Assembly: GCF_000143415.4 (NCBI RefSeq)
Contig: NW_003314309.1
Coordinates: forward strand, 1,299,897-1,363,896
DNA from: Selaginella moellendorffii
Lineage: Eukaryota; Plantae; Lycopodiophyta
Direction of reading: 5' to 3'
DNA length: 64,000 nt
The notes under the pieces are model-generated. The model was not told the origin of the DNA and made no database searches. It worked only from the letters and a program-made list of their open reading frames with translations. How positions within the stretch are numbered: position 1 is the stretch's first letter; the number at the start of each line of letters is the position of its first letter. The position numbers were made by a program, and so were the translations under genes. Of this stretch, positions 1 through 13,320 are shown in pieces.

Positions 1-522
1 TCACTTTAACTTTGGACTCCTTAGTATTCATATTATTATTTATCATATAGGTATAACATTCCTCAGTTATGTTGGCCTCTCTTTTGCCACACTACCCTTG
101 GAATCCTCCCCCTACTATTACGCAAGGACTTACTAAACCTTCAAAGATGATTGTTTTGGTCTTTCACCCTTGGACTCAATCTCGAATTCATACTCAAACT
201 TAAACTTAAACTTAGACTTGGACTTAGTTTTGAATGATCTTGGACTCAGTCTCGAACTTGGTATTGGTCTCAGACTTGATCTTAACACTTCTATGACATT
301 TGTCATGTGTTCAACATTCTTTTGTCCCTTTCTAGAGATTCATTTATCAATCACTTTATACTCATTCTTCAAGCACTTCTTTGGGAATTCCACTCCCACT
401 CTTGACTTTCTAAGTTGGAACTTTTTGTCCAAATGTGTTATGTTCATTGGACTTTTGCTTTGACCACTTCTATATGGCTCATTTTCAGCTCCACTTTGGA
501 ACTTATAAATTTGTGTCTTACA
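1..522 (-). mobile_element. Degenerate fragment of LTR family A (5' end of LTR)
   Basis: Reverse complement begins TGTAAGACACAAAT...CCAAAGTGGAGC, matching the start of the LTRs at 9633, 32388 and 38161; decayed GAGTCC-type repeats follow. Confidence 0.7.
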
Positions 523-979
523 ATTACAAGGACATAAAAAAATCTTTTCATTTTAAAATGATACTAGCAAGTTTTACAAATGGTGCCAAGAGAACTAGAG
601 AATCACAATGTCTATGACGCTGGCAAATTGGGATAGAATAAGATTGTTTTTTTCCAATGAATCTTGACAATAGGGATGATAATGGAAGAGACATGGCAAC
701 TCCATCAAGAGCTCAATCATTTCTACAACAATGTTCTCATTGATGTATATTTTAAGAAAATCTTACCTGTGGCTATAAGCTCATAGGCACTAGCAAAAGG
801 TGGATTTGCTTGTTAGCAATTCAATCAAGTTTTACAATTAGAGTTTGATGGTGGTGGTGTGATTCTTATTGGGCACGCTCTTGAATGCGAGATTTAAATA
901 GAATATTCTATTACACCCTTTAAAACCCTAATCTATATAAACCCTAGTTTTGCCATTAATAAAGCACCCACAAGACAAG

Positions 980-1912
980 TGAATGTGATTATAAGTATCG
1001 AAAGTTATCTGTTGGCAAGTCCTTTCAAATATTTTTTCTTTACTACCATAATGGCAAAAGGTTGGTATTATTGGTTCCCTTTTCAGCTCTTTTTGCTCAA
1101 GTGTTAGTAAATTGGGCTTAGCATTTATACTTAGCCAAATGAACAAAAGGTAGGAACTCTTATATGTTTTTTGTTGAGCATACTCGGCCTGGTTTTTAGT
1201 TTTCTTTTGCTTTGTTTTGTATTGGCTTGACTATTGAGACTAGTCCCTCAATATCACCATATGATAGCTTACCATGTCTGCTAAACACCTTCATTATTAT
1301 GCCCCATGTGTTAATCCCGTTTGGTCTTATAGCTGTTTGTGGAATGTGTTTAGATTTGTTAATTAGACATATTTATAGAGTGTAGAGATTATCTTGGACA
1401 CAATGGTGTTTTTTCCGTGTCCAAATTTGCAATTTAACACCTATCCATATTTAGTAAATTTTCATTATTATTCTAGAGACTAATTCCTGAGACTAGAGTG
1501 AAAGCCCAAAGCGTGTCTTTTCAAAGGGGGGCATAGTCTAGCTTGTGCTTACATGCTTGTCTTTGTTTTATATCCAGCTTGGGTCTAAGCTTAAATTCCA
1601 TACCATACTAGCTGGTGGAGTAGCCATATCCTCGCATTATACCACTAGTATGCTGAAATAGTGCTAAACTTTGTTTGGCTCTATTTTGCATGTTGGTCAT
1701 AATATTAGGATGTTAGGCATTCTAGAACAATTTTTATATCGCTTTGTCCTCCTATCCCTTCACTCATTGGGTTGTATGCTTGAGAGTCATGTTGTGCTTT
1801 ACTTCCTTCGCTTTTTGGCTCTATCCTTAGGAGTTTGGCTCCGTCCCTTCATTCAATGGCCTAAGGTTGGCATATGACACATGGCACATAAAGGGTTTAA
1901 GTTCTACTTTGT
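980..1912 (+). mobile_element. Degenerate copy of LTR family B
   Basis: Colinear similarity to the solo LTR at 4122-5283 (GAATGTGA..GTATCGAAAGTTA; AAAGCCCAAAGCGTGT; GGCATATGACACATGGCA; GGGTTTA). Confidence 0.7.
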
Positions 1913-2084
1913 AGGGGGGATTGGAGAACAATTAGATGGTCATAAATTCCTCTTGAGTGGACTCTAAAGTAGTGTTTTAATAAGATTTGAGTGAGTACAA
2001 ATTAACTTAATATAAAAAATAAAATTTTAGAGAAAAAAAATTAGTAATTAGTGAATTTTTTGTTTCTATTTATATTTAAATATA

Positions 2085-2990
2085 TTAATTATAACACTTT
2101 GTTTTACTTGACCATATTTGAATTAAAGGTTTATCATCTTGATATAAAACTAAATTACAATCTAGCTGTAAAATAAATATTGATGGTTTTACACAATTAA
2201 GTTTGTTACAATAAGTTCCAGTTGCATATAATGGTTTCAAATCAAATGCTGAATACAAAACAAAATTTCCATCTTCTTGCAATCTGAATTTACAATCAAA
2301 ACTTTCTCCATATGTATTAGTATTCCATAAAACTATATATTTGTAATAAAAAACACTATTACAATCGTGTTGGACTAAAAACAAATATGCTTTATAAAAA
2401 TGTGCTAAAAATTCACTAGCATTAAGTGTGGCCAAATATAAACCTTTATATCCACTAAATAATCTATTTTTTAAGAAATTACAAAATTTATATGGAAATG
2501 AAAGAGAAGTAATATTATCATGAGGAGTTATTCTATGAGTATATCCTCGTACTTGATATAATATTAAAAAAATACCAATATCATGTTCAACAATAATACT
2601 TGTAAAATATGATGCTCTTGAATTTCTAATAGAAAAATAAATTTCTCTAGCAACACCTAATATTAGCTGTCTAGTATTATGATTGTTAATTTGACGAATA
2701 TTATTATTGTTCACTGGACAATTTAAACTAGCAGATATAATGACAAATAAAATATCTATTGTAAATGTTCCTGAAACATAGGATGTATAAAATGCAGAAC
2801 CTTCTGGTGTAGTTCCACCTAAAGGTAATGATTCAGTTATAAAATGAAAAAAACTAAGAATTAATGTATCCATATTTATTTGCTTTGGAATTGCTTCACT
2901 ATTTCCATAATTATCATAATGAAATTCATTTTGAGTATAAGCTATATAAAAACATGAATAAAACATTAAGATAAAATATATAAATTTCAT
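2085..2990 (-). CDS. Putative secreted protein with C-terminal bulb-type (GNA/B-lectin) mannose-binding domain
   Basis: Intact 301-aa ORF; hydrophobic N-terminus (MKFIYFILMFYSCFYIAYT); three QxDxNxVxY motifs (QHDCNSVFY, QEDGNFVLY, QLDCNLVLY); ends IWSSKT. Confidence 0.8.
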   Translation of the reverse strand: MKFIYFILMFYSCFYIAYTQNEFHYDNYGNSEAIPKQINMDTLILSFFHFITESLPLGGTTPEGSAFYTSYVSGTFTIDILFVIISASLNCPVNNNNIRQINNHNTRQLILGVAREIYFSIRNSRASYFTSIIVEHDIGIFLILYQVRGYTHRITPHDNITSLSFPYKFCNFLKNRLFSGYKGLYLATLNASEFLAHFYKAYLFLVQHDCNSVFYYKYIVLWNTNTYGESFDCKFRLQEDGNFVLYSAFDLKPLYATGTYCNKLNCVKPSIFILQLDCNLVLYQDDKPLIQIWSSKTKCYN

Positions 2991-3399
2991 CAGGAAAAAC
3001 TGATGAATGTTTTAGTTCTATAAAAACTCTATATATTAATAAATGAAGTTAAAGTTCCATTTTTAAATAAATAAATAAATAATTTAAAATTTAAAATATT
3101 TAAATCTTTGGGATAATCACTAGATTTAATTTTTTTTAATAATAAAATAGGTATATTAGTTTAAATTTAATGAACATTATTCGTTTATTCAAATTAGGCA
3201 ATATTTGAGAGGTATGGGGTTGAACCTTGTTTTTTTATTAAATCATAATAATATAAAATAAATAAATTTATTAATAAATTAAAATAAATAAATTAAAACA
3301 ATGAAATTTTTATACAATTAATGTAATCCTTATAAACCAACATCAAGTCTTGCATTTTGTACTTTGAAAGTGGACGATGATAGAAGTTATAATGCCATT

Positions 3400-3760
3400 A
3401 TTATCCCACTTGTATACAGCCCAATTGTTCAATAAATTCCACTCAAATATGTGGAAAAATACTCATCAAATACTAATTCTTAAGCTTATGCCATAAGTAG
3501 TGATGCCTAGCAAAGACCAAAGCACTACTTCATAATGTCCAAATGCCCAGTCTGGGCATATGTTGTGATCATCAAAATCCACAACACCACACTCTATTCT
3601 TCTATCCCAACTAGTGAATGGTGGTAAAGATGGTGCTAAAATGCAATTGTGGCAACGTTGAGCCAAACACCTTGTTGGAACTACTCAAAGGTCTCTTTTA
3701 CCTCAGCCATCAGCCATATGCCATTAGCAATAGCTTATATAACTCCCACCTTCACCAAAT
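3400..3760 (-). pseudogene. Possible decayed pentatricopeptide-repeat (PPR) gene fragment
   Basis: A stop-ridden minus frame reads ..SVVLWILMITTYAQTGHLD.., resembling the PLS-PPR motif VVSWxAMIxAYAQxG. Confidence 0.3.
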
Positions 3761-4121
3761 TACATATAAGATTGGAGCAGTGAGTGCCATCCTATCCTAG
3801 GGGCTGGATTTTGATGAGATAGAAGGTGATGGCATTCCATCTAAATCTAATGGCCCTTGGTAGATTATCATAAGTGGTTGAGATCTATACTATGTGCAGT
3901 ATGTGAAGCTCCATAAGAAGAGATCTTGCTAATGAGACCTTATTTGCCTTCTTCCTTGATTTCCATCTATTTAAGCATATTTTAAAGTGGTATTTGAAAG
4001 CCTTTTAAACCTAACAAGGTACCTTAAAATAAAATTGGTAACACAAATTCATTTCCCTGCTAGCCCAAGGAAATCATTATAGTAAAATAAGATATTCACA
4101 ACTAATGAAACTGGCTCAACC

Positions 4122-5283
4122 TATCGCGAATGTGATTTTGGGTATCGAAAGTTACCTATCAGCCAGTCCTTACGGACACTCTTACCTTACTGCCACAATG
4201 GCAGGAGGTTGGTATTGCTAGACCTTTTATTAGTCCCTCTTGTTCAAGTGTTAGTAAACTGGACTTTGCATCTGCACTTGGCCGGACGAGCATAAGGAAG
4301 GAATTCCTAAGTGTCTATTTAGCCAAGCATACTTGGCCCGGCTTGTTAGTTCTCTTTTGCTCTGTCTTGCATTGGCTTGACAAGAACCCTTGTGTATTGA
4401 GACTAATCCCTCAATATCGCTAGATGATAGCTTACCATGTTTGCCAAACACCCTTGCTATTATACCCTTTGTGTTAGTCTCATTTCGGTCCTAAATGCTA
4501 TTTATGGAAAGTGTCTAAATCTGCTCATTTGACATATCTATGGAATGTAGAGATCAGCCTGAACACAATGGTGTTTGTCCCGTGTCCAAATTCGCAATCT
4601 AGCGCCATTCCATATTTAGTAAGTTTCGAGCTTGTCCCAAAGACTAACTCCTGGTACTAAGGGTAGGCTTGGGGTGAAAGCCCAAAGCGTGTGTTCCTCA
4701 AGGGGGGGGGGGGGGGGGGGGTTTGGGGGGTTTGGGGGGTTTGGGGGGTTCCAAATGTATAGTGGGTAGGTTGGGCATGGCTGACCAACCTAAGGTATAG
4801 TCTAACTCCCGCTTGCGTGCCTGTCCTTGTTCTGCGTCCGGCTTAGGTCTAAGCCCAAGTTCCATTCCATGCTAGCTGGTGGAGTACCCATGTCCTCGCG
4901 TTAGGCCATCGATATGCCGAAATAGTGCCAGACTCCGTTTGGCTCCATTTTGCGTGCTGGTCCTGGCAATGGGATGCTGGTTGCTCTAGGACTATTCCAA
5001 GTCGCTCCGGGCTCCTGTCCCTTCGCTCCTTGGGCTGTATACTCGGGAGTTGCTCCGTGGTCCGGTTCCGTCACTCCTTGGCTCCATGCTTGGGAGTTTG
5101 GCACCGTTCCTTCGTTCAGTGGCCCAAGGCCCTGAACCTCGGGTTCCGCACCACTGTCCTTTGAACACGTGGCATATGACACATGGCATATGTCACGTGG
5201 CATAAAAAGGGTTTAGGTTCCGCTTTGTGGTATTATCCTATGGTAAACCACCATAGGATAAAGGGTCAAAACCATGCGCTACA
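4122..5283 (+). mobile_element. Solo LTR, family B
   Basis: TA(TG)TCGCG...GCTACA ends; 5-bp TSD CAACC at 4117-4121 and 5284-5288; homologous to the PPT-adjacent LTR at 39992-40996. Confidence 0.9.
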
Positions 5284-5385
5284 CAACCATATAATTGATT
5301 TTATGGTTCTAGAGTGATTGTGTTGTGGTAAGTGAGAAACATTACAAAGCAACACTTGCATATAAGTAAGTAATCGGTGCGCAAT

Positions 5386-5511
5386 NNNNNNNNNNNNNNN
5401 NNNNNNNNNNNNNNNNNNNNNNNNNNNNNNNNNNNNNNNNNNNNNNNNNNNNNNNNNNNNNNNNNNNNNNNNNNNNNNNNNNNNNNNNNNNNNNNNNNNN
5501 NNNNNNNNNNN
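5386..5511. other. Assembly gap (N run)
   Basis: Run of n characters. Confidence 1.
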
Positions 5512-8500
5512 TTATGCCCTTTCTTCTCCAATGCACACACTAATGTGTTTGTTTTTCATTCTAGATTCTTTCCATGGCTAATGGTTTTATGCCAATATGA
5601 ATTATGCAAATTTGGGTAGTTTTCTTTAATGTGGCAATTTACTAACTTGTTGAGCCTTCTGTCCTACTAAGGCTTCCCATAGGCTACCATGGGAGTAGTG
5701 TTCCAAAGTACGCCACTATCACTATATAACTTTTTCTATAGTCCACCACTACAAAGATATAGGATTTTAGAGATGGCAAGAGACATTTATTTTCTAGATA
5801 TTGTTCCTAGTGTGAAAGTATTCTATCCACATGGCCAATCTTTAGATTCTCTGCTGATATTAAATGCAATCACCTCATATGTCGTAGCAAAAGTATGTGT
5901 CATCTGTAAATTTTGGGACTAAAATTCATTAGAATTTTGTAGAGAACCTTTATCTAAAACTAGTGTATATATCAATTTTGCAGCTGTTAGGTATGTGCCT
6001 TGTGTAGAGCCAAAAGAGCATAGTGTAATTGCCATAGGTTAACCAATTTGTTAACCTGCTAGTTAAAATTTACATAGTGCAAAAATTGTATATATAGTTC
6101 TAACTTGAACTTTATCATGTATATGTGGTACCAATCCATACCTATGTGTAAAAACCAAGATTTGTTTAAAATACTATTTTGGGAGTCACATGTTACAACA
6201 ATTTAAACACATATATGTTTTTGTTTTTTCATATATTTTGCAAGTTTGTACATTTTTTTGTCAAGCTGCCCAAGGTTTAGAAGAAGATGGTTGGACAGAA
6301 GCAACCAAAGAATATCAAGGCTGCAATAGAGTGTAGGGAGAAGGGACTACTGGAAGTTGGTGTTGTCCCATTGCAAACCTTGGTGCTGTCTCTGTACAAA
6401 CCTTGCAAGCTAAGTCATAGTGAAGGCTATCAATATAAAAATGTATGATCTAGTGGCCTTCCTTCTCCACTCCATATTGATTGTAATAATAAGTTTAAAA
6501 GCACTAGTTATATGTCTCAAGATTCTCCTCTGACATATGCCTAAGACTGTGCAGTTCCACAATGATGCTTTGATTATTGGAGGTGCAAACTTATATTGTT
6601 TCCCCATACAACATTAAGGAACTACCAAGATCATTATAATTGAAAAACATAGGGTTCACCATCTAACAAAATTCAATAATAAGTGCAATGTAGTCCCTAA
6701 ATTGATCATTCTCCTTGTCGAACATCTTTTACTGTGAGTGAATGACATCAAGTCTTGAACATCCTCACATCCATATCCATAGAACTTTTGGCAAGAGTTG
6801 TAACAACTTGATGTTGATCCTTGTCTTATCTCAAATGAGCAATACCATGTTGATGCAGTATTGATGAAGTTGATAGCAATTCCAACCCAAATGACAATGC
6901 AAATGGCTTCATGAGGTTTAGTGAGGGAAATCCAACAAGTGTTAGTATTGCTCTATAATTCCATATTAACCTTCAATTTATAAAAAAATAAATTTGTGTG
7001 TTTTACATAGTTTTGTTTAGATTTTATTGTTCTCTACTTTGTGGACCTCGACAATGAATTTCTTGAGCCAATAATGGAAGTTGGATCTCTAGAAGAACCA
7101 TATGTTCTTCTAAGCTTTACCTATGAGATAAATCATCCTCCTTTTAATTGTACAGCCATCAGAAGAACATCCTCTAGTATAGCAAATGGCTAGCTCTATT
7201 TTATTCAAAGGGGAAGATCATAAAGTTTACTTGTTTGATTGATGTCTTTGTTGCCAATGGGGGCTGCCCAGCTCCACAACCATAACCTTAGCTCCATGAC
7301 CATATGTAGAGCATTGCTAGCAATTGTTACTACTGTTGCTTGCTAGGTAGCATGGTCGTAGCATGATTAGATAAGGAAGCTCCACACCCAAATCATGCGA
7401 GAGAAAGAGAAGAGAGAGGGAGAGGAAGGAGGAGAGGAGAGGAAAGAGGTGAAACTTGTGGTTAAAATCTTAAGAAAATCTTTATTTTTATTATATGATA
7501 ATTAAAAAGTAAATTATTAGAATATTAGATAATAAAATAAAATTAATAGTTATGAGTACATGAAATATAGAAAGGGAATATAGAAAATGTGTATATCAAT
7601 TAGCCCAAAAACCCTAGCTTATATATAAAATGAGTGGTCTAAATTAAAACTAATCCAACAACTACCAAAATCCTATTATGCTAATATTAGTATACAGCAT
7701 TGTAGTTGTACACTTGGTCCTCACATCATCCCTTCCTCTCAGAATAATGGAAAACCATTAGGGTTCTCTTGTAGATGGGTTGGGATTTGGAGGAACGTCA
7801 AGAGGAGGCATTGATGGATCTATAGGTGGTATCAATTGTTCTTAATCCTTTTGTATGAAGCATTTTAACTACTGCACATGCACAATTTCTAGAGGATTGG
7901 TCTGTTGGACATCATGCTGAACATCATAAACTTATGGCCTAACTTGTTGCAACACTTGATGCAATTCTTTCCACTGAGCAAAGAGCCCCTTAAATAAACC
8001 ATACTGTAAAATGGGGAAAATGGACTAACACCAAGTCATCCACTTTGTACTCCATAGGTGGATGATGATAGGATTTGTAGTGCCGTTGTTATCCCATTTG
8101 TACGTAGTCTAGATGTTTGGTAAACTTTGCTTAGACAAGTGGAAGAATGCTTATCAAATATTAATCCCACAACTTAGTATTGGTAGCTCGTAGCAATTGC
8201 GAAGGTAAACCCAGCTCTGTTGGTAATATTGGATCATGACCATATAGAAGTTTATATGGTGAAACACCAACAAAACTCTACACCCCTGTGACATATGCAT
8301 ACCGAAGAGATGGCAAATAACCATCCCAATCTAAATGTTGAAAGTTCATGTACGTCATGATTCCTTTGAATGTTCGAACGAGCCATTCCACCAAACTGTT
8401 TGACTATGGATGATAAGCACTCGTGAAAGTGTGACATATCCCCAACCAAGACATCAAAACATGAAATGCCTTAGCCATAAATGCAAGACTATTATCAGAA

Positions 8501-9632
8501 AGAATCCGCTCTGAACAAGAATGTTGGAATACCATTCAATTGAGGAGGAAGTATCTAACAATAGTTGCAGACGTGCTAGCAAGAGCACCAACTTCCACTC
8601 AATAAATCAAGTACTCAGAAGCAATAATAATATACTCATTGCCAGTAGTTGATCGTGGAAAAGGTCCCATAAGATCAAACGCCACCAACTCAAACAAACG
8701 GGAAACTGCAATTGACTCCAACCGTCTTTTCACAACACGAGGGGGAGTATTACGAGCTTAGCACTAAATGCAACTATGCACATACCGGATAATATCATGT
8801 CGCATCTCCAGCCAATAGAAAGACCTGCATAACTTCTCGGTCACACAACGATGTTCCATATGCCCATCTAGAACATGAGAATCATGGTAGGCATGAAAAA
8901 ACTGTGGAATAAATATTGAAAGCACCATCAGCCGTAAATGATCATCAGGATCCATCCCCACAAAATAAAGAAAGCCATCTTCAAGATGATATTAAGTAAA
9001 TGCTAGAATCGCAAGTCATCAGCAAGTGATGCAGGATTCTTAAACCCATCTCAAAGCCTTTAAATCCATGGCTCAATCTTTTGAGCCTCGTGAACCTTAT
9101 CAAGAGAAATAGATATTATTTTGCACCTTATGAACATTAAACATCAAGTATAATAACCGCTGACAGCATAAAATCCTCATCTAGAAAATCCACAGATGCT
9201 AGAACAACAAGCTCATCAAAAAAATAACAAAAGAGCGAAGAAGGAAGAGGAGCTCAAGAAAAGGCATCAGCATTAACCATAGAACTCTTTGGGCGATGAA
9301 CAACATCAAAATCATATATTTGAAATTTCTAAACTCACTAAGCAAGACGACCAACTAAGTTTTTTTACTTCAATAATGAAGTAACGGTAGCATGATCACC
9401 TTTTAGTAATGTCTGAGAACCATGTAAATATGCATGAAGTTTCTCAAAACCCCAAATTGATACTAAACACTCCTTCTTTGTCGTGGAGTAGTTCACCTTT
9501 GCTGGTATTAATATACGGCTGATGTATGCAATGGGATGGCACTGACCAGACACACTTGGGCACTTTTGCATCAACACACCTCCAGGAGCATCCATGCACA
9601 AAATGAAAGGTCAAGTGTATTCAGGATACACC

Positions 9633-10220
9633 TGTGAGACACAAAATCCCTAGGCCCCAAAGTGGAGCCGGAAGGGCGCCACGTGGTAGTGGTTGAAGCG
9701 AGAGCCAAACGAGCGTAACACGTTTGGACCAAAAGCTCCGACTTGAAAAGTCAAGAGCGGGAGTGGAACTCCCAACAAAGTGCTCGAGGAACGAGCACGA
9801 AGCGAGCAATAAGCGAGGCTCCAAAAAGGGACCCAAAAGGACCAACACATGACACGTGGAAGTGTCCGAGATGGACTCGAGATGGAGTCCAAAGTGGAGT
9901 CCGAGATGGACCCGAGTTGGAGTCCGAAGTGGAGTCCGTGATGGACTCGAGTTGGAGTCCGAAGTGGAGTCCGAGATGGACCTGAGTTGGAGTCCGAAGT
10001 CGAGTCCGAGATGGACTCGAGTTGGAGTCCGAAGTGGAGTCCGAGATGGACCCGAGTTGGAGTTCGAAGTGGAGTCCGAGATGGACCCGAGATGGAGTCC
10101 GAGGTGGACCCGAGATGGAGTCCGAGATGGAGTCTGAGATGGAGTCCGAGATGGAGTCCGAGATGGAGTCCGAGATGGACCCGAGATGGAGTCCGAAGTC
10201 GAGACCGAGACCGGGACCGG

Positions 10221-10252
<32 letters not shown>

Positions 10253-11397
10253 TCGGGACCGAGACCGAGACCGAGGCCGAGGCCGAGATCGGGCCCGAGC
10301 CCGAGTCCGAGTTCGAGTTCGAGTCCGAGTCCGAGTCCGAGTCCGAGTCCGAGTTCGAGTCTAAGAGGGTGAAAGCCCAAAGCGTTCGTCTCCCAGACCC
10401 TGGGGGGTTTGGTGAGCTCCAAAAGTATAGTAGGGGGAAGACTGTGGTGGAGCCAGTTTGGCCAGGAAAGGCCAGTTTGGCCAGGAAAGGCCAGTTTGGC
10501 CAGGAAAGGCCAGTTTGGCCCAGGAAGGCCGGACCCAGTGTTGGGTGATGAGCTGCCCACTGGGAAGTCCAAGACTAGAGTGAACACAGACCGACAAGCG
10601 GGGTAGCTTGGTGAAGTGTTCAAGAGCCGGCTCTAGTTCCCCCGGGAGATCGACTGGCCGATGCTCCCAGTCCAAGTGTGGGTGGCACTACCTACTTGGA
10701 TACCTGGTGTGGCTCAACGGAACCCACTCTAAGCCCATGGCTAGAGCACCCAAGGGCAGAAGGCGAGGAGAGTACCCAGGTGGCTCGCGTAAGGCCACGG
10801 TGTTCCGAAATGTTGTCCCAAAGGCCCAGACTGTGGAAAGGAAGAGGAGCAGTCCTCTGGGGTAGTGACCAGGGACACAATCGTGTGGTGAGGAAGTCCC
10901 AGAGGACCGTGGGACTTAGCGGTCGGGCCTGTGGGTCTCGATCCAGTGGCAGTGTTGGCCAACACGGCCAGGGGCAGAAAGGGACTTAGTGGGGACTAAC
11001 AGAGGGATATTGGGGAAGGCTATTCCCCTTGTCGGTGGGCATCCTAAGGATGCTAAGGAGTGGATCTGAGATGACCACTCACGGATGGTTTGCCTAGTCT
11101 TGGAGAGCCAAGATGGTGATGCAAGTGGTATTGGACTACCAGTGTGGCAAAGGTGATTGGGCATGGCCTTAGCGTAACGGGCTGCTATGTCGGTGGTACC
11201 TTTGAGTGTCGGTCATGGGATCGGACACGTGGAGCACTTGGACCAAGTGCAAATGTTGAGTGGCATGGATGCCATTCTCAGGGCTAGCAAGTCCCAAGTC
11301 CTGGATTGGACTTATGGAGGTTGTGAATGAGACTCCTCCAAGTGGTCAGAGGTGTGGTTAAGTGACTAAAGTAGAATGGAAAATTTAGTCGCTTACA
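9633..11397 (+). mobile_element. Solo LTR, family A, inserted in Gypsy pol
   Basis: TGTGAG...CTTACA ends; TSD ACACC at 9628-9632 and 11398-11402; same sequence family as the LTRs at 32388 and 38161. Confidence 0.95.
9866..10360 (+). repeat. Tandem 6/12-bp repeats (GAGATGGAGTCC, GAGACC, GAGTCC) inside LTR A
   Basis: Direct reading; the same arrays with different copy numbers occur at ~32676-33128 and ~38400-38860. Confidence 0.95.
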
Positions 11398-12687
11398 ACA
11401 CCAAAATTGGAGGAGTCGTCAAAAGCACTTTGAGATCCATGAATGCCCACTCACAGTTTGCAAACCACTTTAGCAATGCTCACAATAGTGCAGTGCAATC
11501 AGAAAGATGATCCACAAAACGATTGAAATACTGCACCTTGCCCAGGAAGTGCTGCACATCATTTATAAACTTCGGAGTAGGGAACTTTAGAACAGCCACA
11601 AATTTATTAGGATCAACTTGCAAACCCTCACGAGAAATACAATACCCAAAATAAGTTGTGTCCTTGGACCCAAACATGCACTTCGACCGCTTCAGCTCTA
11701 AACCAACATCCTATAACCGATCCAACACTTTATAAACATCACGGACATGTTCCTCCCACGTCCCCTTCAAGTGGATCAAGACATTATCAATGAAGTCAGT
11801 AGTCACCTTTGGCATATCACAAAGAACCTCATCCATTGAAAATTTGCTAAAGCATTGTTCAAACCAAACGGCATCACCAAGAACTTGTAAAAACTAAACG
11901 GTGTACAAAAAACAGTCTTAGGAATATTTTCTTCGGCCATCGGTACTTGCCAATACCCAGAAGTAAGATCTAGTTTGGTGAACTAATAACTTCTCCTTAG
12001 ACAATCCAAGAGATCAGTAGTGTGAGGAAGAGGGTACACATTTAGGATCATCACTTCATTTAATGGATGATAGTCGATGCAGAAATGAATATTCTCATTA
12101 GCCTTCGTCATAAGATGAGGTTCACATGCCCAAGGATTTTGTGAATTTCAAATAATACCTTTTTCCAACATCTCCTTGACATTTGTATGTAGAATCTTGA
12201 TCTCTTTGGATGATTGATAATGAACATGAACCTTGATTGGACGAGCATCCTCAATTGGAATCAGATGACGTGTGGCAATCTTGGCCCTAGATGATAAGTC
12301 AAATTCAAAGAGATCGATATACTCCTTCATGAGCAAGTCAACCACTGCAACATAAAGACCATCGAAGGGATCAGAAAAGGGAAGAGCGAAACAAGATAAA
12401 AACATAAAAGGAAGTAATGAGGAGACAAAAGTAATGGAAGTAGAGGTAGAAGCAGAGGGACAAAAAGGTACAGAAGTGAGAGGAATGAATGAAATATAAG
12501 TATGAGACAAGGGGCGAAGCCTCAAAGTCACACTTGGCATGATTGCATTGCAACCAATCCATACCAAGGATGAGGTCAAAAGCTTGACTCGGCACCACTT
12601 GCAATGACTACAATCCAAGCTCAAGATCACCCACATGCATAACTAAGTCCGCTTCATCCCATGCATATGCATGTATATGACCATTGC

Positions 12688-13295
12688 TATCGCGAATGTG
12701 ACTTCGGGTATCGAAAGTTACCTGTCAGCTCGTCCTTTTGGATATTTTTTCTTTACTGCCATGACAGCAGGAGGTCGGTATTGTTGGTTCCTTTTATCAG
12801 CCCCTCTTGTTCAAGTGTTAGTAAAATGGACTTTACATTTGTACTTGGCTTTCTACAGTGACGATCTCTTCGTGTTTGACCGGACGTGCATAAGGAAGGA
12901 ATTCCTAAGTGTCTATTTAGCCAAGCATACTTGGCCTAGCTTGTTAGTTCTCTTTTGCTCTATTATGCATTGGCTTGACAAGAACCCTCGTATATTGAGA
13001 CTAATCCTTCAATATTGATGAATGATAGTTTACTATGTTTGCCAAACACCCTCACTATCATACCCTTTGTATTAGTCTCATTTCAGTCCCAAATGCTATT
13101 TATAGAAAGTGTTCAGATTTGCTCATTTGGCATATCTACGGAATGTAGAGATTGTTTTGAACACAATGGTGTTCATCTCTATCCAAAGACATTCTATATT
13201 TAGTAAGTTTCGAGTTTGTCCCAGAGACTAACTCCTAGTACTAAGGGAGGCTTGGGGTGAAAGCCCAAAGCATGTGTTCCTCAAGAGGGGGGCTG
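12688..13295 (+). mobile_element. 5' half of an LTR family B copy, truncated at the DNA transposon TIR
   Basis: Starts TATCGCGAATGTGAC; matches 4122-4705 up to the G-run, then the TIR begins. Confidence 0.85.
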
Positions 13296-13320
13296 TAAGC
13301 TCTATTTCGTTAAAGTGGGA
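13296..13320 (+). repeat. Left TIR
   Basis: Exact reverse complement of 26992-27016. Confidence 0.95.

Larger units (their letters stand above)
7726..12660 (-). mobile_element. Degenerate Ty3/Gypsy pol (PR-RT-RH-INT), interrupted by a solo LTR
   Basis: Protease DLILGMDWL (12371-12604); RT/RH fragments (11480-11677; HPIAYISR..NYSTTKKECL at 9365-9601); integrase zinc-finger and core remnants (~8000-8960); PPT-like TCTGAGAGGAAGGGATGA followed by TGT at 7725; many stops. Confidence 0.85.

Noticed and set aside
5512-7700. Possible gene or TE remnant
   Set aside because: Too decayed for any supportable call
9743-10675. Long SR/RD/ES-repeat ORFs (also 32361-33403 and 38178-39134)
   Set aside because: Artefacts of stop-free hexamer repeats inside LTRs; open in multiple frames on both strands
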